In this document: positions 50,201 to 58,982 of the stretch, one piece after another | Position numbering within the stretch: position 1 is the stretch's first letter | Layout of the letters: each line of letters starts with the position of its first letter | DNA from: Cyanobacteria bacterium auto_48_18 | GTDB taxonomy: Bacteria > Cyanobacteriota > Vampirovibrionia > Obscuribacterales > Obscuribacteraceae | Reading direction: 5' to 3' | Assembly: GCA_036170915.1 (NCBI GenBank) | Contig: JAVHQC010000011.1 | Span: forward strand, 32,001 to 96,000 | DNA: 64,000 nt | Position numbers and translations under genes: made by a program | Notes under the pieces: generated by a model | The model's database searches: none | The model's input: the letters and a program-made list of their open reading frames with translations, nothing else | Told to the model about the DNA's origin: nothing

Positions 50201-51466
50201 AAGGGTTACGAGTGGTTTGGTACCAATCCTGGACACGAGGCGCTCACTGCATTTGGCTTGCTTCATTTTAATGATATGGCGCAAGTCAGAGAAGTCGATC
50301 GCGATATGACGACCAGCACTCGCGCGTGGTTGATGAAGCAAAGAGATGGAAGTGGCGGGTTCACTCGTAAGCGTGCATCATTGCATACCTGGATTGAAGA
50401 TAAGGACTGCTCAAATGCGTACATTCTTTGGGCGCTCTTAGAAATTGGACAGAATCCAGATGATTTGAAGCCTGAAATTGAGTCGCTAAAGGCCGCGGCC
50501 GGCAAAAGTCAAAATAGTTATGTCTTAGCGTTGGCGGCAAGCGCGCTTTACCTGTCAGGCGACAAAACTTTGGCGAAGCAATTGATGCAGCGATTAGCGA
50601 CATTGCAAAAGGCTGATGGTTCTGTTGATAAAATTGAAAGCACCATCGTTGGGAGTGGCGGCGAATCTCTTCAAGTAGAGGGAACGGCGCTTGCAACCTT
50701 AGCTTGGTTGCGAGATCCACAATTTGCAGGCAACGTAGAGAAGGGTATTCAATATCTAGCCGAATCATGCAAGGCCGGACGCTTTGGTTCAACCCAGGCC
50801 ACCGTCCTCGCCCTTCGCACCATTGTAAATTATGACAAGCAAAGGGCTCGCCCTAAGACGGCTGGCAAGTTGTGTTTGTTTGTTGATGGACAGCCTACCG
50901 GTGACTGTATAAACTTCAGCCCCTCCAGCCAAGACGCGATTAAACTTCCAGATCTCAGCAAGATCCTCAGTGCGGGTGACCATTTGGTTGTGCTGCAGAT
51001 GGAAGGTGGAAGCGCTATGCCCTACTCACTTGCAGTTAAATACAACACTCTGAGTTTTCCCACTGACCAAGATTGCAAACTTAAATTGAGCGTCAAAATG
51101 TCGCAGGACAAAGTAGTTGAGGGTGCTTCTACCGAAGCGAACGTTTCAGTTGAGAATATGACCAAAGAGGCTGTCCCGACTCCCGTTGCCATCATCGGTT
51201 TGCCAGGCGGGTTGGAACCGAGACACGATCAGTTAAAGGAACTGGTTAAACGTGGAACAATCGACGCCTACGAGGTGCTTGGTCGTGAAGTTGTCTTCTA
51301 CTGGCGCGCTATGCCTGCTAGCACAAAGATAGAAGTTCCAATCAGCCTCATAGCTGCTGTGCCCGGCACTTACACTGGACCAGCCAGCCGTGCTTATCTG
51401 TATTACACTGATGAGCACAAAAATTGGGCTGATGGACTGCGTATTGAAATCGCTGCAAAAAATTAA
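47279..51466 (+). CDS. Bacterial alpha-2-macroglobulin family protein
   Basis: TDKPIYR (MG2), ETIYW, thioester motif GCFEQ, STQAT; signal peptide. Confidence 0.9.
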   Translation: MARTRIYAAVLFSCLAFSPLAIAKSHQAEGALLKRGASQISKISAPRADYFLTHISTDKPIYRVGEKVYFRGVMLNASDRKPLADNSNTNAAIQIRSPKGEVIFSGTARTQDSVWSFEWPVSAGQAGGEYTVLATYPWQGYAPAERKFDIRAYRAPRLNSQISFLRDGYGPGEKVTATLEVKRAEGGIPAGANVSVSARVDGVAIDGGRGTVDEKGFCSVSFVLPSEISRGEGTLALAIADGGVVETASKTIPILLKKVDLHIYPEGGELIGGFKNRVYVQANQLNGKPADLEAEVLTYIGGGKTSAVAHFCTEHEGRGRFEFRPESNRQYFLKILNPSGIEKTYELPAVKDAGAIISSDKEVFERGKPVTVHLGSTRKKIRVTISKRGVDLATVHATMSGSTRHSDLKTIVLPLPSEADGVLTATVWDEDGLPLAERLIFRQQAKPLNVTLSLDKENYIPGQNASVKVKATDIDGKPVSAIIGVTVTDESVLQMIEKREHAPRLPIMVLLEPEVKDLADAHVYLDENNSKAPLATDLLLGTQGWRRFAQIDVNKFIQVNGDKGRRAISAALPKVSSLGTGIGALAGGRIVAGRIGEFGKILRPDNRVQIPNEIGRVEGPRDMNMFQVEPTVVDERHFSSGRAERHQKTSPTLPDGAPVPDDDGASGTVDRFTFFRSNLGSPVAVVREFAHQVRQNRQANDRSDFQETIYWNAAVKTDANTGEGTINFGLNDSVTTFQVFADAFSNDGSIGATSMGLKSVQPFYAEAKLPLEVTTGDQIFLPISLVNATSSSLANTKTTVDLAGPFKVMPLLNQLQELAAGARERYIQAIDVGFGKGLMNFILHANAGSYEDKVTRQLLVVPKGFPVEKTFGGLLEPGKKISLKIIIDKNVVPESISSNTAVYPTPLANMTGALERMIQEPNGCFEQTSSTSYPLTMAQQYFLSHSGVSPKLIETSRETLDRGYKKLISFWCPDKGYEWFGTNPGHEALTAFGLLHFNDMAQVREVDRDMTTSTRAWLMKQRDGSGGFTRKRASLHTWIEDKDCSNAYILWALLEIGQNPDDLKPEIESLKAAAGKSQNSYVLALAASALYLSGDKTLAKQLMQRLATLQKADGSVDKIESTIVGSGGESLQVEGTALATLAWLRDPQFAGNVEKGIQYLAESCKAGRFGSTQATVLALRTIVNYDKQRARPKTAGKLCLFVDGQPTGDCINFSPSSQDAIKLPDLSKILSAGDHLVVLQMEGGSAMPYSLAVKYNTLSFPTDQDCKLKLSVKMSQDKVVEGASTEANVSVENMTKEAVPTPVAIIGLPGGLEPRHDQLKELVKRGTIDAYEVLGREVVFYWRAMPASTKIEVPISLIAAVPGTYTGPASRAYLYYTDEHKNWADGLRIEIAAKN

Positions 51467-51735
51467 GTTGATCTATGTGTCACAGATGCAAAAGTTGCGT
51501 TTACGATCACGCGTCAAAGCATAGTGACATCAAAATATTGATTCGATTCCTTAGCACCGAATATGGTGTCAACCCAATTGAGCTTGGTTCGCTATGTGTT
51601 CAGCTCTGAACATCCAACTCTATGCATATTTTGCAAATAGTAACCTTGCGGCTGTGCTAAGCTACGCCTATAGAAGTACTTATAGATATGCAGTCTGAAT
51701 TGTGACTGTAAACTAACTCTACAGTTGGTGAGCGT

Positions 51736-53112
51736 ATGTCAACAATTCGACCGATTTCCGTCCTGATTGCAGAAGACGAATCTATTATAAGACTTGGTCT
51801 TACGTGTTCGCTCCAGCCTTTTACCGATATAAAAGTCGTAGGCACAAGTGCTGATGGTCGAGCTGCAGTTTGTGACGCGGTTGAGCTCAAGCCCGATGTG
51901 ATCTTAATGGACATCGGATTGCCTCTCATCGACGGCATCACCGCTTCGCAGCAAATTAAGGCTGTTATGCCTGGTGTGCGCATTATCATGTTCACTGCTT
52001 CTGGAGACGAAGCCACAATTAATGCAGCATTAGGTGCTGGCGCCGATGGTTATTGCTTTAAAGACTGTTCACCCGCCCACCTCTATTCTGCTATAAAGGC
52101 TGTTGCTGGTGGTGTTGCATGGCTTGCTCCAGGCATCGCCGACCTGATTTTGCGCAACCGCCCAGCAATAACGCCTAGCGATAATTCCCTTGCTGGAACA
52201 GAAAAAAACCTTGTAGATGCCAGTCTGATAGCTCTGCCTTCTCTTGCCAGCGCCTCCTCAAGGCCTTCAACTTCAGCGTTGGAAAAGGGATCACTTCTCG
52301 GTGATCGTTATTTGATTGACTCGACGCTTGGCCGAGGCGGCATGGGTATTGTCTATAAAGCCACGCATTTATTGATGGACCGACCAGTTGCAATTAAGAT
52401 GCTTCATTCTCATCATCTTGCCGACGCATCTATTGTTAAGCGCTTCCAGACCGAGGCCAGAAGTCTCTCACTACTGACCCATCCCAATTTGGTGACTGCG
52501 TTTGATTTCGGTATGACGCAATTAAATGAACCGTATATGGTGATGGATTTTCATGATGGTAAGGGGCTCGACGAGATACTGCAAACTTATTCGAAAATTA
52601 CTTTCGGTCGCGCCGTGAATATTTTTTCTCAAATTTGCGACGCGCTTACTGCGGTTCACGAATGTGGAATTGTGCACCGAGATATTAAACCGAGCAACAT
52701 ACTGATTTCAGAGGCGGGGCTGGTAAAACTCGTTGACTTCGGAATTGCTAAAAGCATCCAAAGTATGACATCAAATCTAACTTTGGCTGGACAAGTGATG
52801 GGTACTCCGAGGTACATGAGTCCCGAGCAATACATGGGTAAGGAATTAGATTCTAGAAGTGATATTTACGCCTTGGGCTGCGTCATGTACGAGGTTTTTA
52901 CTGGCAAGCCTCCTTTTTCCGCTACTGGCTATTTTGAGCTCGTGCGGCAGCACGTCGAAGATTTACCATCACACGAGCCGTTTGCTCCGCTTATTGATTT
53001 TTCACCAGCCCTGGAGGAAATCATATTTAAATGTTTGGAGAAAGATCCAGATTTTCGATATCAATCTGCTGAGCAGTTAAACTATCAGCTAGCAAATATC
53101 GGGTCGAGTTAG
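51736..53112 (+). CDS. Receiver domain fused to a Hanks-type Ser/Thr kinase
   Basis: AEDE, LMDIGLP, GYCFK; GRGGMG, VAIK, HRDIKPSN, DFG and YMSPE motifs. Confidence 0.92.
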   Translation: MSTIRPISVLIAEDESIIRLGLTCSLQPFTDIKVVGTSADGRAAVCDAVELKPDVILMDIGLPLIDGITASQQIKAVMPGVRIIMFTASGDEATINAALGAGADGYCFKDCSPAHLYSAIKAVAGGVAWLAPGIADLILRNRPAITPSDNSLAGTEKNLVDASLIALPSLASASSRPSTSALEKGSLLGDRYLIDSTLGRGGMGIVYKATHLLMDRPVAIKMLHSHHLADASIVKRFQTEARSLSLLTHPNLVTAFDFGMTQLNEPYMVMDFHDGKGLDEILQTYSKITFGRAVNIFSQICDALTAVHECGIVHRDIKPSNILISEAGLVKLVDFGIAKSIQSMTSNLTLAGQVMGTPRYMSPEQYMGKELDSRSDIYALGCVMYEVFTGKPPFSATGYFELVRQHVEDLPSHEPFAPLIDFSPALEEIIFKCLEKDPDFRYQSAEQLNYQLANIGSS

Positions 53113-53571
53113 TGTCGACTTGGTGTAATCAAAATCGTATCTTAGAAAACCATTGAACTTCGCCACTTTGTCGTAGAGCAAGCGAGCCTGGATGTTGTTG
53201 TCTTGGGTGAGCCAGTAGCATTTGTAGCAGTCCAAAGTTTTAGCAGTCTCGGCGACTTTCTCAATCAATCTTCGAGCGAGACCCTGACCACGACAATTTG
53301 CATCAACAAACAAATCTTGTAGGTAACACATCTTTTTAGGCGTCCAGGCCGTCTCGTGAAGCAAATAATGCGTTATACCCAACAACTTTCCGTCTACACT
53401 TTCGCGTACTCCAAATCCGCTCAGGGTGCCAGACCTGCTCATCAATCTATTCCAGGTTGAATCAAAAATTTCGGTTGGTAGAGTTGTATTGTAGAAGGCC
53501 AGATATGCAGTCCAGAGTTCCACCCAGCGGTCGTGATCGGCTTCGCGAATTTCTGTTACTACTGCTTCCAT
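53089..53571 (-). CDS. GNAT N-acetyltransferase
   Basis: YLQDLFV...RGQGLA and N..A..LY motifs. Confidence 0.9.
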   Translation of the reverse strand: MEAVVTEIREADHDRWVELWTAYLAFYNTTLPTEIFDSTWNRLMSRSGTLSGFGVRESVDGKLLGITHYLLHETAWTPKKMCYLQDLFVDANCRGQGLARRLIEKVAETAKTLDCYKCYWLTQDNNIQARLLYDKVAKFNGFLRYDFDYTKSTLTRPDIC

Positions 53572-53687
53572 GAAAGAACCTCTTTAAAAGTCTGCTAGAT
53601 TTGCCTCGCCAAGTCCAGGTATATTTTAAGCCTAAAAAGCAAATACAATTAAGTTACGCTACCTTCCGGTTTGCCAAGGTTTATCTG

Positions 53688-54194
53688 ATGACCATCTGTG
53701 TGCATTTGACTGCCGAATCCAACGTTAAGCATATTTTGCGCTCTGGAATTAAGGCGCAACCTGGTGGCGTAAATGGTGTCAAAGGTGTCTATTGCATGCC
53801 TGTTTTGCAAAATTACTATGCTTCGCACCAGTGGCTGCGCGAACTTCGACAGGGAGGTGGACGAAATAGAATGGCCATGATTGCCGTTGATTTTCGCCTG
53901 CATTCAGATGAAGCTGTTCTTGTCGGGCACTACGCCCAACCGCATGTTGAAACAACGGTCTCGCAAGCAGCCAAAGTAATTATGTCAGCGCAAGATCCAA
54001 TGGGGTTCGAAATCTTTTTGCCACGGTCAGTTAAGCGGGATGAGATCCATAAAATTCGGTCTGTGGCACAAGTGATCGGATGGAGATACAGTCCGACGGC
54101 TAAAGGTACCAAGCCGTTTTGCACCTGTGAATATTGCATCCGCGGCACCTTTGGCGCTAAAAAGTTACGAGCCTTGAGACCCGACTCTGACTAG
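53688..54194 (+). CDS. Hypothetical protein with ADP-ribosyltransferase-like motifs and a CxCxxC tail
   Basis: VHLT..N...ILRSGI, GVYC, FEIFL, CTCEYC. Confidence 0.55.
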   Translation: MTICVHLTAESNVKHILRSGIKAQPGGVNGVKGVYCMPVLQNYYASHQWLRELRQGGGRNRMAMIAVDFRLHSDEAVLVGHYAQPHVETTVSQAAKVIMSAQDPMGFEIFLPRSVKRDEIHKIRSVAQVIGWRYSPTAKGTKPFCTCEYCIRGTFGAKKLRALRPDSD

Positions 54195-54314
54195 TAGTTT
54201 GCCCGGTCACGTCAGACTCGCCACAGTTTCGCCATATTGAAGCCCTAGTATCAAATTGCCGACCGAACCGCTCTGGAGTGTTCGGACCGGCACTTACTAT
54301 TATTTGAGGTGGTT

Positions 54315-54881
54315 ATGACACCCGATTTCCAAAGTGATCGTGCAGAACAGCATCAAAAGGGCGACCAGGCCGAAAGCCGTGTGTTCATTGATATGGCTGA
54401 TCCCAAAAACAGTCTTACCGCAAAATCACTAAGCGGTCCCGGGCATATGGAGGGCAGCGGCAAAGGTGAACCTGCTTTTTTAAATTTTGATGATCCTTTT
54501 AAATCGGGCTCTGACAAGAATCATCACCAGGGCTTTAACAACCAGCACGATGGTTATCAACCAAAGCAAGCTAACCAACATGAGAACAATTCTGCTTCAT
54601 CCGATAATACTAGGTGGTCTTTTGTCGGACAACAAACTTCTCGCGAACCTTTTGATTTAGAGCGCTTTGTATCATCGTTTAATTTGAGTGAGCGCGCGCG
54701 CTGGATGTTCCAGGCTATTGGACTTAATTACGACCCATCTAATTCATATGCTGCCGCGGCCTATGATGATTACAAGGCTAACCAGCGAGTTGATTCCAAT
54801 ACTAAGCGCGAAAATTTTGCACCAGAGGTTGCCCCATCAGCTAGACACATCTCGAAGAACCATCCTAGGCGTGCGAACTAG
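54315..54881 (+). CDS. Hypothetical hydrophilic protein
   Basis: GAGGTGG SD; low-complexity sequence. Confidence 0.6.
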   Translation: MTPDFQSDRAEQHQKGDQAESRVFIDMADPKNSLTAKSLSGPGHMEGSGKGEPAFLNFDDPFKSGSDKNHHQGFNNQHDGYQPKQANQHENNSASSDNTRWSFVGQQTSREPFDLERFVSSFNLSERARWMFQAIGLNYDPSNSYAAAAYDDYKANQRVDSNTKRENFAPEVAPSARHISKNHPRRAN

Positions 54882-54938
54882 GGAGTGCTTTCATACGTAA
54901 GTCACCAGTGCTTTTGAGCGGTCTGCTAAACTGAAAGG

Positions 54939-55337
54939 ATGGAAAAAAAGGATAAATTACGACGCGAAGCAGTCGGGGCGGTTGGAACTTTTGGGTTTCT
55001 CTGCGGCACTGTTGGTCTGGTGCTGGTACCCCTGCCGTTAACATTCGTTCTGTTTTTCTTCTGCGTTTTGGCCACTTGTTTTAAGTTCTTGCGCCGCAAA
55101 AGAAGCCCCGCTGCTGCCGCATCCATTGAGTCAGTTCAGCACAAATATATTTACCCGTTGGGCGATTTGATTTTGGCTACAACGATGGCAATGTTTTCTG
55201 TCGTGTTGACAGTGGTCTTCATTGCCGTATTTTTCAAATTTATACCGCTTGCTTTAATAGGCGCTGTTTTCTATTTCGCGGTCGCTTCGTGGCGAACAAA
55301 ATCTAGCGACGCTGTGGTCAACAGTGGGTCAGCATAA
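54939..55337 (+). CDS. Hypothetical membrane protein
   Basis: Two hydrophobic hairpins; 3' end overlaps nadB. Confidence 0.55.
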   Translation: MEKKDKLRREAVGAVGTFGFLCGTVGLVLVPLPLTFVLFFFCVLATCFKFLRRKRSPAAAASIESVQHKYIYPLGDLILATTMAMFSVVLTVVFIAVFFKFIPLALIGAVFYFAVASWRTKSSDAVVNSGSA

Positions 55338-56836
55338 TCTTCTCTCAAATGCGAACCGCGAGATTCTGTTCGCAGTAGGGCGGCCTGCGCAATAAGAAGG
55401 CCAACCTGGAAAATATTGCGATGACTATATTGTTCAGCTGTCAATTGACTCTCAGAAACACTCTTTGATGGCGAATTCAGTAGCATATTCAAACCGCTCT
55501 GTGACCGCACCAGGCCGGCGTGTCTGTACATCTGTGCGCGGAAAATTTGCACATCTAGCGGCAACAATATTTGCTCATTTCTCTTCTGGCTAGCATTTGC
55601 CCTAACCGATTTACAATCTGATGCAAATAGTTCATCACCAAGGTTTAGTGCCATAACTCCAGCTTCGAGCAGCGAATTGCTGGCTAATCTGTTAGCTCCG
55701 TGCAGGCCAGTGCACGCGCATTCACCAATTGCATAGAGACCAGGCACGCTGGTGCGCCCTGAAACAGTGGCTTTAATTCCGCCCATCATATAATGAGCTG
55801 CTGGCGCAACCGGTATCGGCTGCGTCAGTATGTCGATGCCGTACTGGCCGCAGGTTTTTAAGATATGCGGAAATCTCTTTTCTATCTGAGCCGCACCGAT
55901 CGGACGCATGTCTAAGTAAACTTGCGGCAAATCATTTTCACTCATAACAGAGTGAATAGCGCGAGCAACGATATCACGAGTGGCTAGTTCGCCATCTTGA
56001 TGAAAGCGTTTAACAAATCTTTGGCCCTTGTGGTCAAGCAGGGTGGCACCAGCGCCTCGGGTCGCTTCCGAAATGAGAAATGCAGGTGCATGGTCTAATC
56101 TCAAGGCGGTAGGGTGAAACTGCACAAACTCCATGTCACTTAAAACAGCGCCGATACGGTACGCCAGCGCGATACCGTCTGCAGTGGCTACCAGAGGGTT
56201 AGTGGTACGTTCGTAAACTTGTCCAATGCCACCCGTAGCCAGCACCGTGTGGGTGGAATGCACAATAGTTTTGGTGCCATCTTTGAGCAGTTCGGCTCCG
56301 CAACAAACATCGCCTGTGGTGCGAAGATTTATGGCAATGGTATTTTCTAAAACAATCAGGTTTTCATTTTCTATCGCCGCCGCCAGCAGTTTAGCGCTCA
56401 ACGCCTCAGTAATGGAACGACCTGTAGTGTCTTTGTTGTGCACAACACGGGCTTGTTTGTGGCCGCCTTCTAACGCCAGGTCATAAGCGCCCACCGGGTT
56501 TTTCTCGAATGCCACGCCAAGGCGATCTAATTCGGCAATTAAGCGGTGGCCATCAAAAATGATACTTCTTGCTGCATCAACATTGGTCAGTCCTGCCCCA
56601 GCTTTAATGGTGTCAACAAGGTGAATTTCTGGCGAGTCAAACGGGTTGGCACCTGTTACCGCAGCAACACCCCCTTGAGCCCATGAACTGTTTGAGTCAG
56701 AAAGGCCTGCTTTAGACACCAGCACCACTTTCAAATCTGACGATTGCAGACGCAATGCAAGCATTAAGCCTGCTATGCCGGAGCCGATGATTAGAACATC
56801 GGCATTAATGACTGGTGCGGTGCACTTGTTGTTCAT
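55271..56836 (-). CDS. nadB: L-aspartate oxidase
   Basis: GSGIAG, WAQGG, EGGH, QFHPT and HGANRLASNSLLE motifs; adjacent to nadA. Confidence 0.95.
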   Translation of the reverse strand: MNNKCTAPVINADVLIIGSGIAGLMLALRLQSSDLKVVLVSKAGLSDSNSSWAQGGVAAVTGANPFDSPEIHLVDTIKAGAGLTNVDAARSIIFDGHRLIAELDRLGVAFEKNPVGAYDLALEGGHKQARVVHNKDTTGRSITEALSAKLLAAAIENENLIVLENTIAINLRTTGDVCCGAELLKDGTKTIVHSTHTVLATGGIGQVYERTTNPLVATADGIALAYRIGAVLSDMEFVQFHPTALRLDHAPAFLISEATRGAGATLLDHKGQRFVKRFHQDGELATRDIVARAIHSVMSENDLPQVYLDMRPIGAAQIEKRFPHILKTCGQYGIDILTQPIPVAPAAHYMMGGIKATVSGRTSVPGLYAIGECACTGLHGANRLASNSLLEAGVMALNLGDELFASDCKSVRANASQKRNEQILLPLDVQIFRAQMYRHAGLVRSQSGLNMLLNSPSKSVSESQLTAEQYSHRNIFQVGLLIAQAALLRTESRGSHLREDYADPLLTTASLDFVRHEATAK

Positions 56837-56845
56837 TATTGGCTC

Positions 56846-57820
56846 CTAGAAAATCGAAATCATGCGCTCGATAGCGAGACGCGCTTTGGAAGCTATTTCT
56901 TCTTCGACGGTGACATGAAACACATCATCAACCAGCGAGCGGTGCAGCTTTTCCAGAGTGATCATTTTCATAAACTGACAGCTCATTTCTGAACTGATTG
57001 GCAAAAATTCTTTTTCTGGATTTTCTTTTTTCAGTCTGTGCAAAATTCCAATTTCGGTAGCAACTACAAATTTTTTCGAGTCAGAAGAGTTTGCCAGTTT
57101 CAACATTCCTTCTGTTGATGCCACTTTCAAAACATCTTTGCTGTCGCCACCTTGCCGTGCAACGCGGTCCAGATATGGTGTCAAACATCCGCATTCAGGG
57201 TGAATGAGAAGTTCAGCATCAGGGTGCTCTTTCATTTTTTCGTCAATTTTACTTGGGTGTACTGCGGCATGTACGTGGCATTCACCCATCCAGATGTGCA
57301 TGTTTTTGCGCCCGGTCATTTTTTGAACCCACGAGCCAAGAAAAACATCGGGCAAAAACAAAATTTCTTTGTCGTCAGGTATAGACTGAACAATCTTCAA
57401 CGCATTGCCTGATGTGCAGCAAAAGTCTGATATGGCCTTGATTTCAGCGGTAGTGTTAACGTAAGAAACCACTACAGCGCCAGGGTGTTCCGCTTTCCAG
57501 TCAACCAACTGCTGCAAGTTAATAGATGCAGCCAGGGAACAACCAGCTTCAAGATCTGGTATCAAAACTCGCTTGGTGGGGCAAAGAATGGCGGCTGTTT
57601 CTGCCATAAAGTGCACTCCGCAGAAGACAATCATCTCAGCGTCAGTTTTAGCTGCTTGCTGAGAGAGCCCCAGAGAGTCGCCCACAAAGTCAGCCACATC
57701 TTGAATGATCGGAATTTGATAGTTGTGAGCAAGAATGACAGCATTACGCATTTTGCTGAGGTATTTAATTTCATCGACCAGGGTTTGCGTTTGTTTGTCG
57801 ATTTTAGAAAGGGTATTCAT
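56846..57820 (-). CDS. nadA: Quinolinate synthase
   Basis: AHNYQ, GDSL, FCGVHFMAE, AGCSLA, YVNT and HPEC motifs; GAGGT SD. Confidence 0.96.
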   Translation of the reverse strand: MNTLSKIDKQTQTLVDEIKYLSKMRNAVILAHNYQIPIIQDVADFVGDSLGLSQQAAKTDAEMIVFCGVHFMAETAAILCPTKRVLIPDLEAGCSLAASINLQQLVDWKAEHPGAVVVSYVNTTAEIKAISDFCCTSGNALKIVQSIPDDKEILFLPDVFLGSWVQKMTGRKNMHIWMGECHVHAAVHPSKIDEKMKEHPDAELLIHPECGCLTPYLDRVARQGGDSKDVLKVASTEGMLKLANSSDSKKFVVATEIGILHRLKKENPEKEFLPISSEMSCQFMKMITLEKLHRSLVDDVFHVTVEEEIASKARLAIERMISIF

Positions 57821-57871
57821 TGTTTGTTTTACCTCTTGCACCCGAGCTCACTATCTGATTGTGGTGTCGAG

Positions 57872-57892
57872 TAAGCGTACTTCTTACGTTTT
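57872..57892. promoter_or_regulatory. NrtR-type operator upstream of nadA
   Basis: TAAGCGT-N7-ACGTTTT with the GT-N7-AC core. Confidence 0.6.
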
Positions 57893-58185
57893 ACCACTAA
57901 CTAGGCGGTTGTGCACCTAAAATTGCCAAGGTGCACATTAATTCGCAAGTTTTCGCTTAGTTTGGACCGTATCGCGACCCTTTACTGTGGATGCTGGCCC
58001 TCTGTGGTGGAGGCTATAACCGATCTAGGCCGCTAAACTAACTGTATAAACAACGGTAACCAAATATTCTGCCGATTGTCTTTTGCCTTCTCGGCATTTG
58101 GTTAAAGGCCTCTAAGAAAGCAGGGTGAGTCGTAAGACTGTGAGTGGGCCTGCTTAAGCAAGTGTTCAGTTGATTGCTTTAAGCC

Positions 58186-58206
58186 TTAGCGTTTGCTTTA
58201 CGATTA
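58186..58206. promoter_or_regulatory. NrtR-type operator upstream of nrtR
   Basis: TTAGCGT-N7-ACGATTA; TATACT -10 at 58214-58219. Confidence 0.6.
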
Positions 58207-58273
58207 CTTCCGGTATACTGGGGGCAATTCGAGCTCCTTTCAACACCGTGGCAGCGCGCAAAAACCATAATTT

Positions 58274-58948
58274 ATGGCTATTGAACCTATTAAAGTAACC
58301 GTCGATACCGTGGCTCTGGCAGTTCAAGAGGGCCAGCTAGAGATTGTTTTGGTAAAACGCAAGCGCGAACCCTTTAAAAATCTATGGGCATTGCCTGGTG
58401 GCTTTCTTGCCGATGATGACAGCATTGAGGACGCGGCTGCCAGAGTGCTTTTTGAAGAGACAAATGTTGGTGGTGTGTACCTCGAGCAGTTGTACACCTT
58501 TGGCGACCGCGGGCGTGATCCACGGGCTCGCGTTGTAACCGCATCATATCTGGCTCTGTTGCGGCAAGACGATTTGGAGCTCAGAGCCAGCGCTGATGCC
58601 AGTGGCGTGGCCTGGTGGCCAGTTTTGGATCTTCCACAGTTGGCTTTTGATCATAAGAGAATTGTCGAATACGCCCACCAGCGAATTAAATACAAAATCG
58701 AGTATTCAGCCGCTGCATTCAATTTGCTGCCTGACAAATTTACCTTGCGCGATTTGCAGTCAGTCTACGAAGCAGTTTTAGGCAGGCCGGTAGATAATCG
58801 AAATTTTCGCAAAAAATTTCTCAAGTCTGGCGTGTTGCGCGAGTTAGACGAAACCACCCAACAGGGATCTTTCCGTCCGGCCAGACTCTATGGTTTCTCG
58901 CAAGAAGAATTTGACGAGCTTCCTGATCGCCCGGTTTTTACTTTCTAG
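58274..58948 (+). CDS. nrtR: Nudix-related transcriptional regulator
   Basis: Degenerate Nudix box (GGFL...AARVLFEETNV), RDPR, LAFDH; wHTH with RNFRKK and RPA.LY; divergent from nadAB. Confidence 0.9.
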   Translation: MAIEPIKVTVDTVALAVQEGQLEIVLVKRKREPFKNLWALPGGFLADDDSIEDAAARVLFEETNVGGVYLEQLYTFGDRGRDPRARVVTASYLALLRQDDLELRASADASGVAWWPVLDLPQLAFDHKRIVEYAHQRIKYKIEYSAAAFNLLPDKFTLRDLQSVYEAVLGRPVDNRNFRKKFLKSGVLRELDETTQQGSFRPARLYGFSQEEFDELPDRPVFTF

Positions 58949-58982
58949 CCACGTCACGTCACGTCACTATATATGGTGCGCA

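Noticed and set aside
51467..51735. Longer intergenic gaps (also 35649-35954, 47039-47278, 57940-58180) as possible ncRNA or tRNA
   Set aside because: No cloverleaf, riboswitch consensus or extended pairing recognised by eye
36141..54500. Shared PA(I/F)xxFD motif between the two low-complexity orphans (35955 and 54315)
   Set aside because: Too short and degenerate to support from two instances
58950..58967. CACGT x3.6 tandem repeat between convergent genes
   Set aside because: Too short and located at 3' ends; no spacers, so not CRISPR, and no evident phase-variation role
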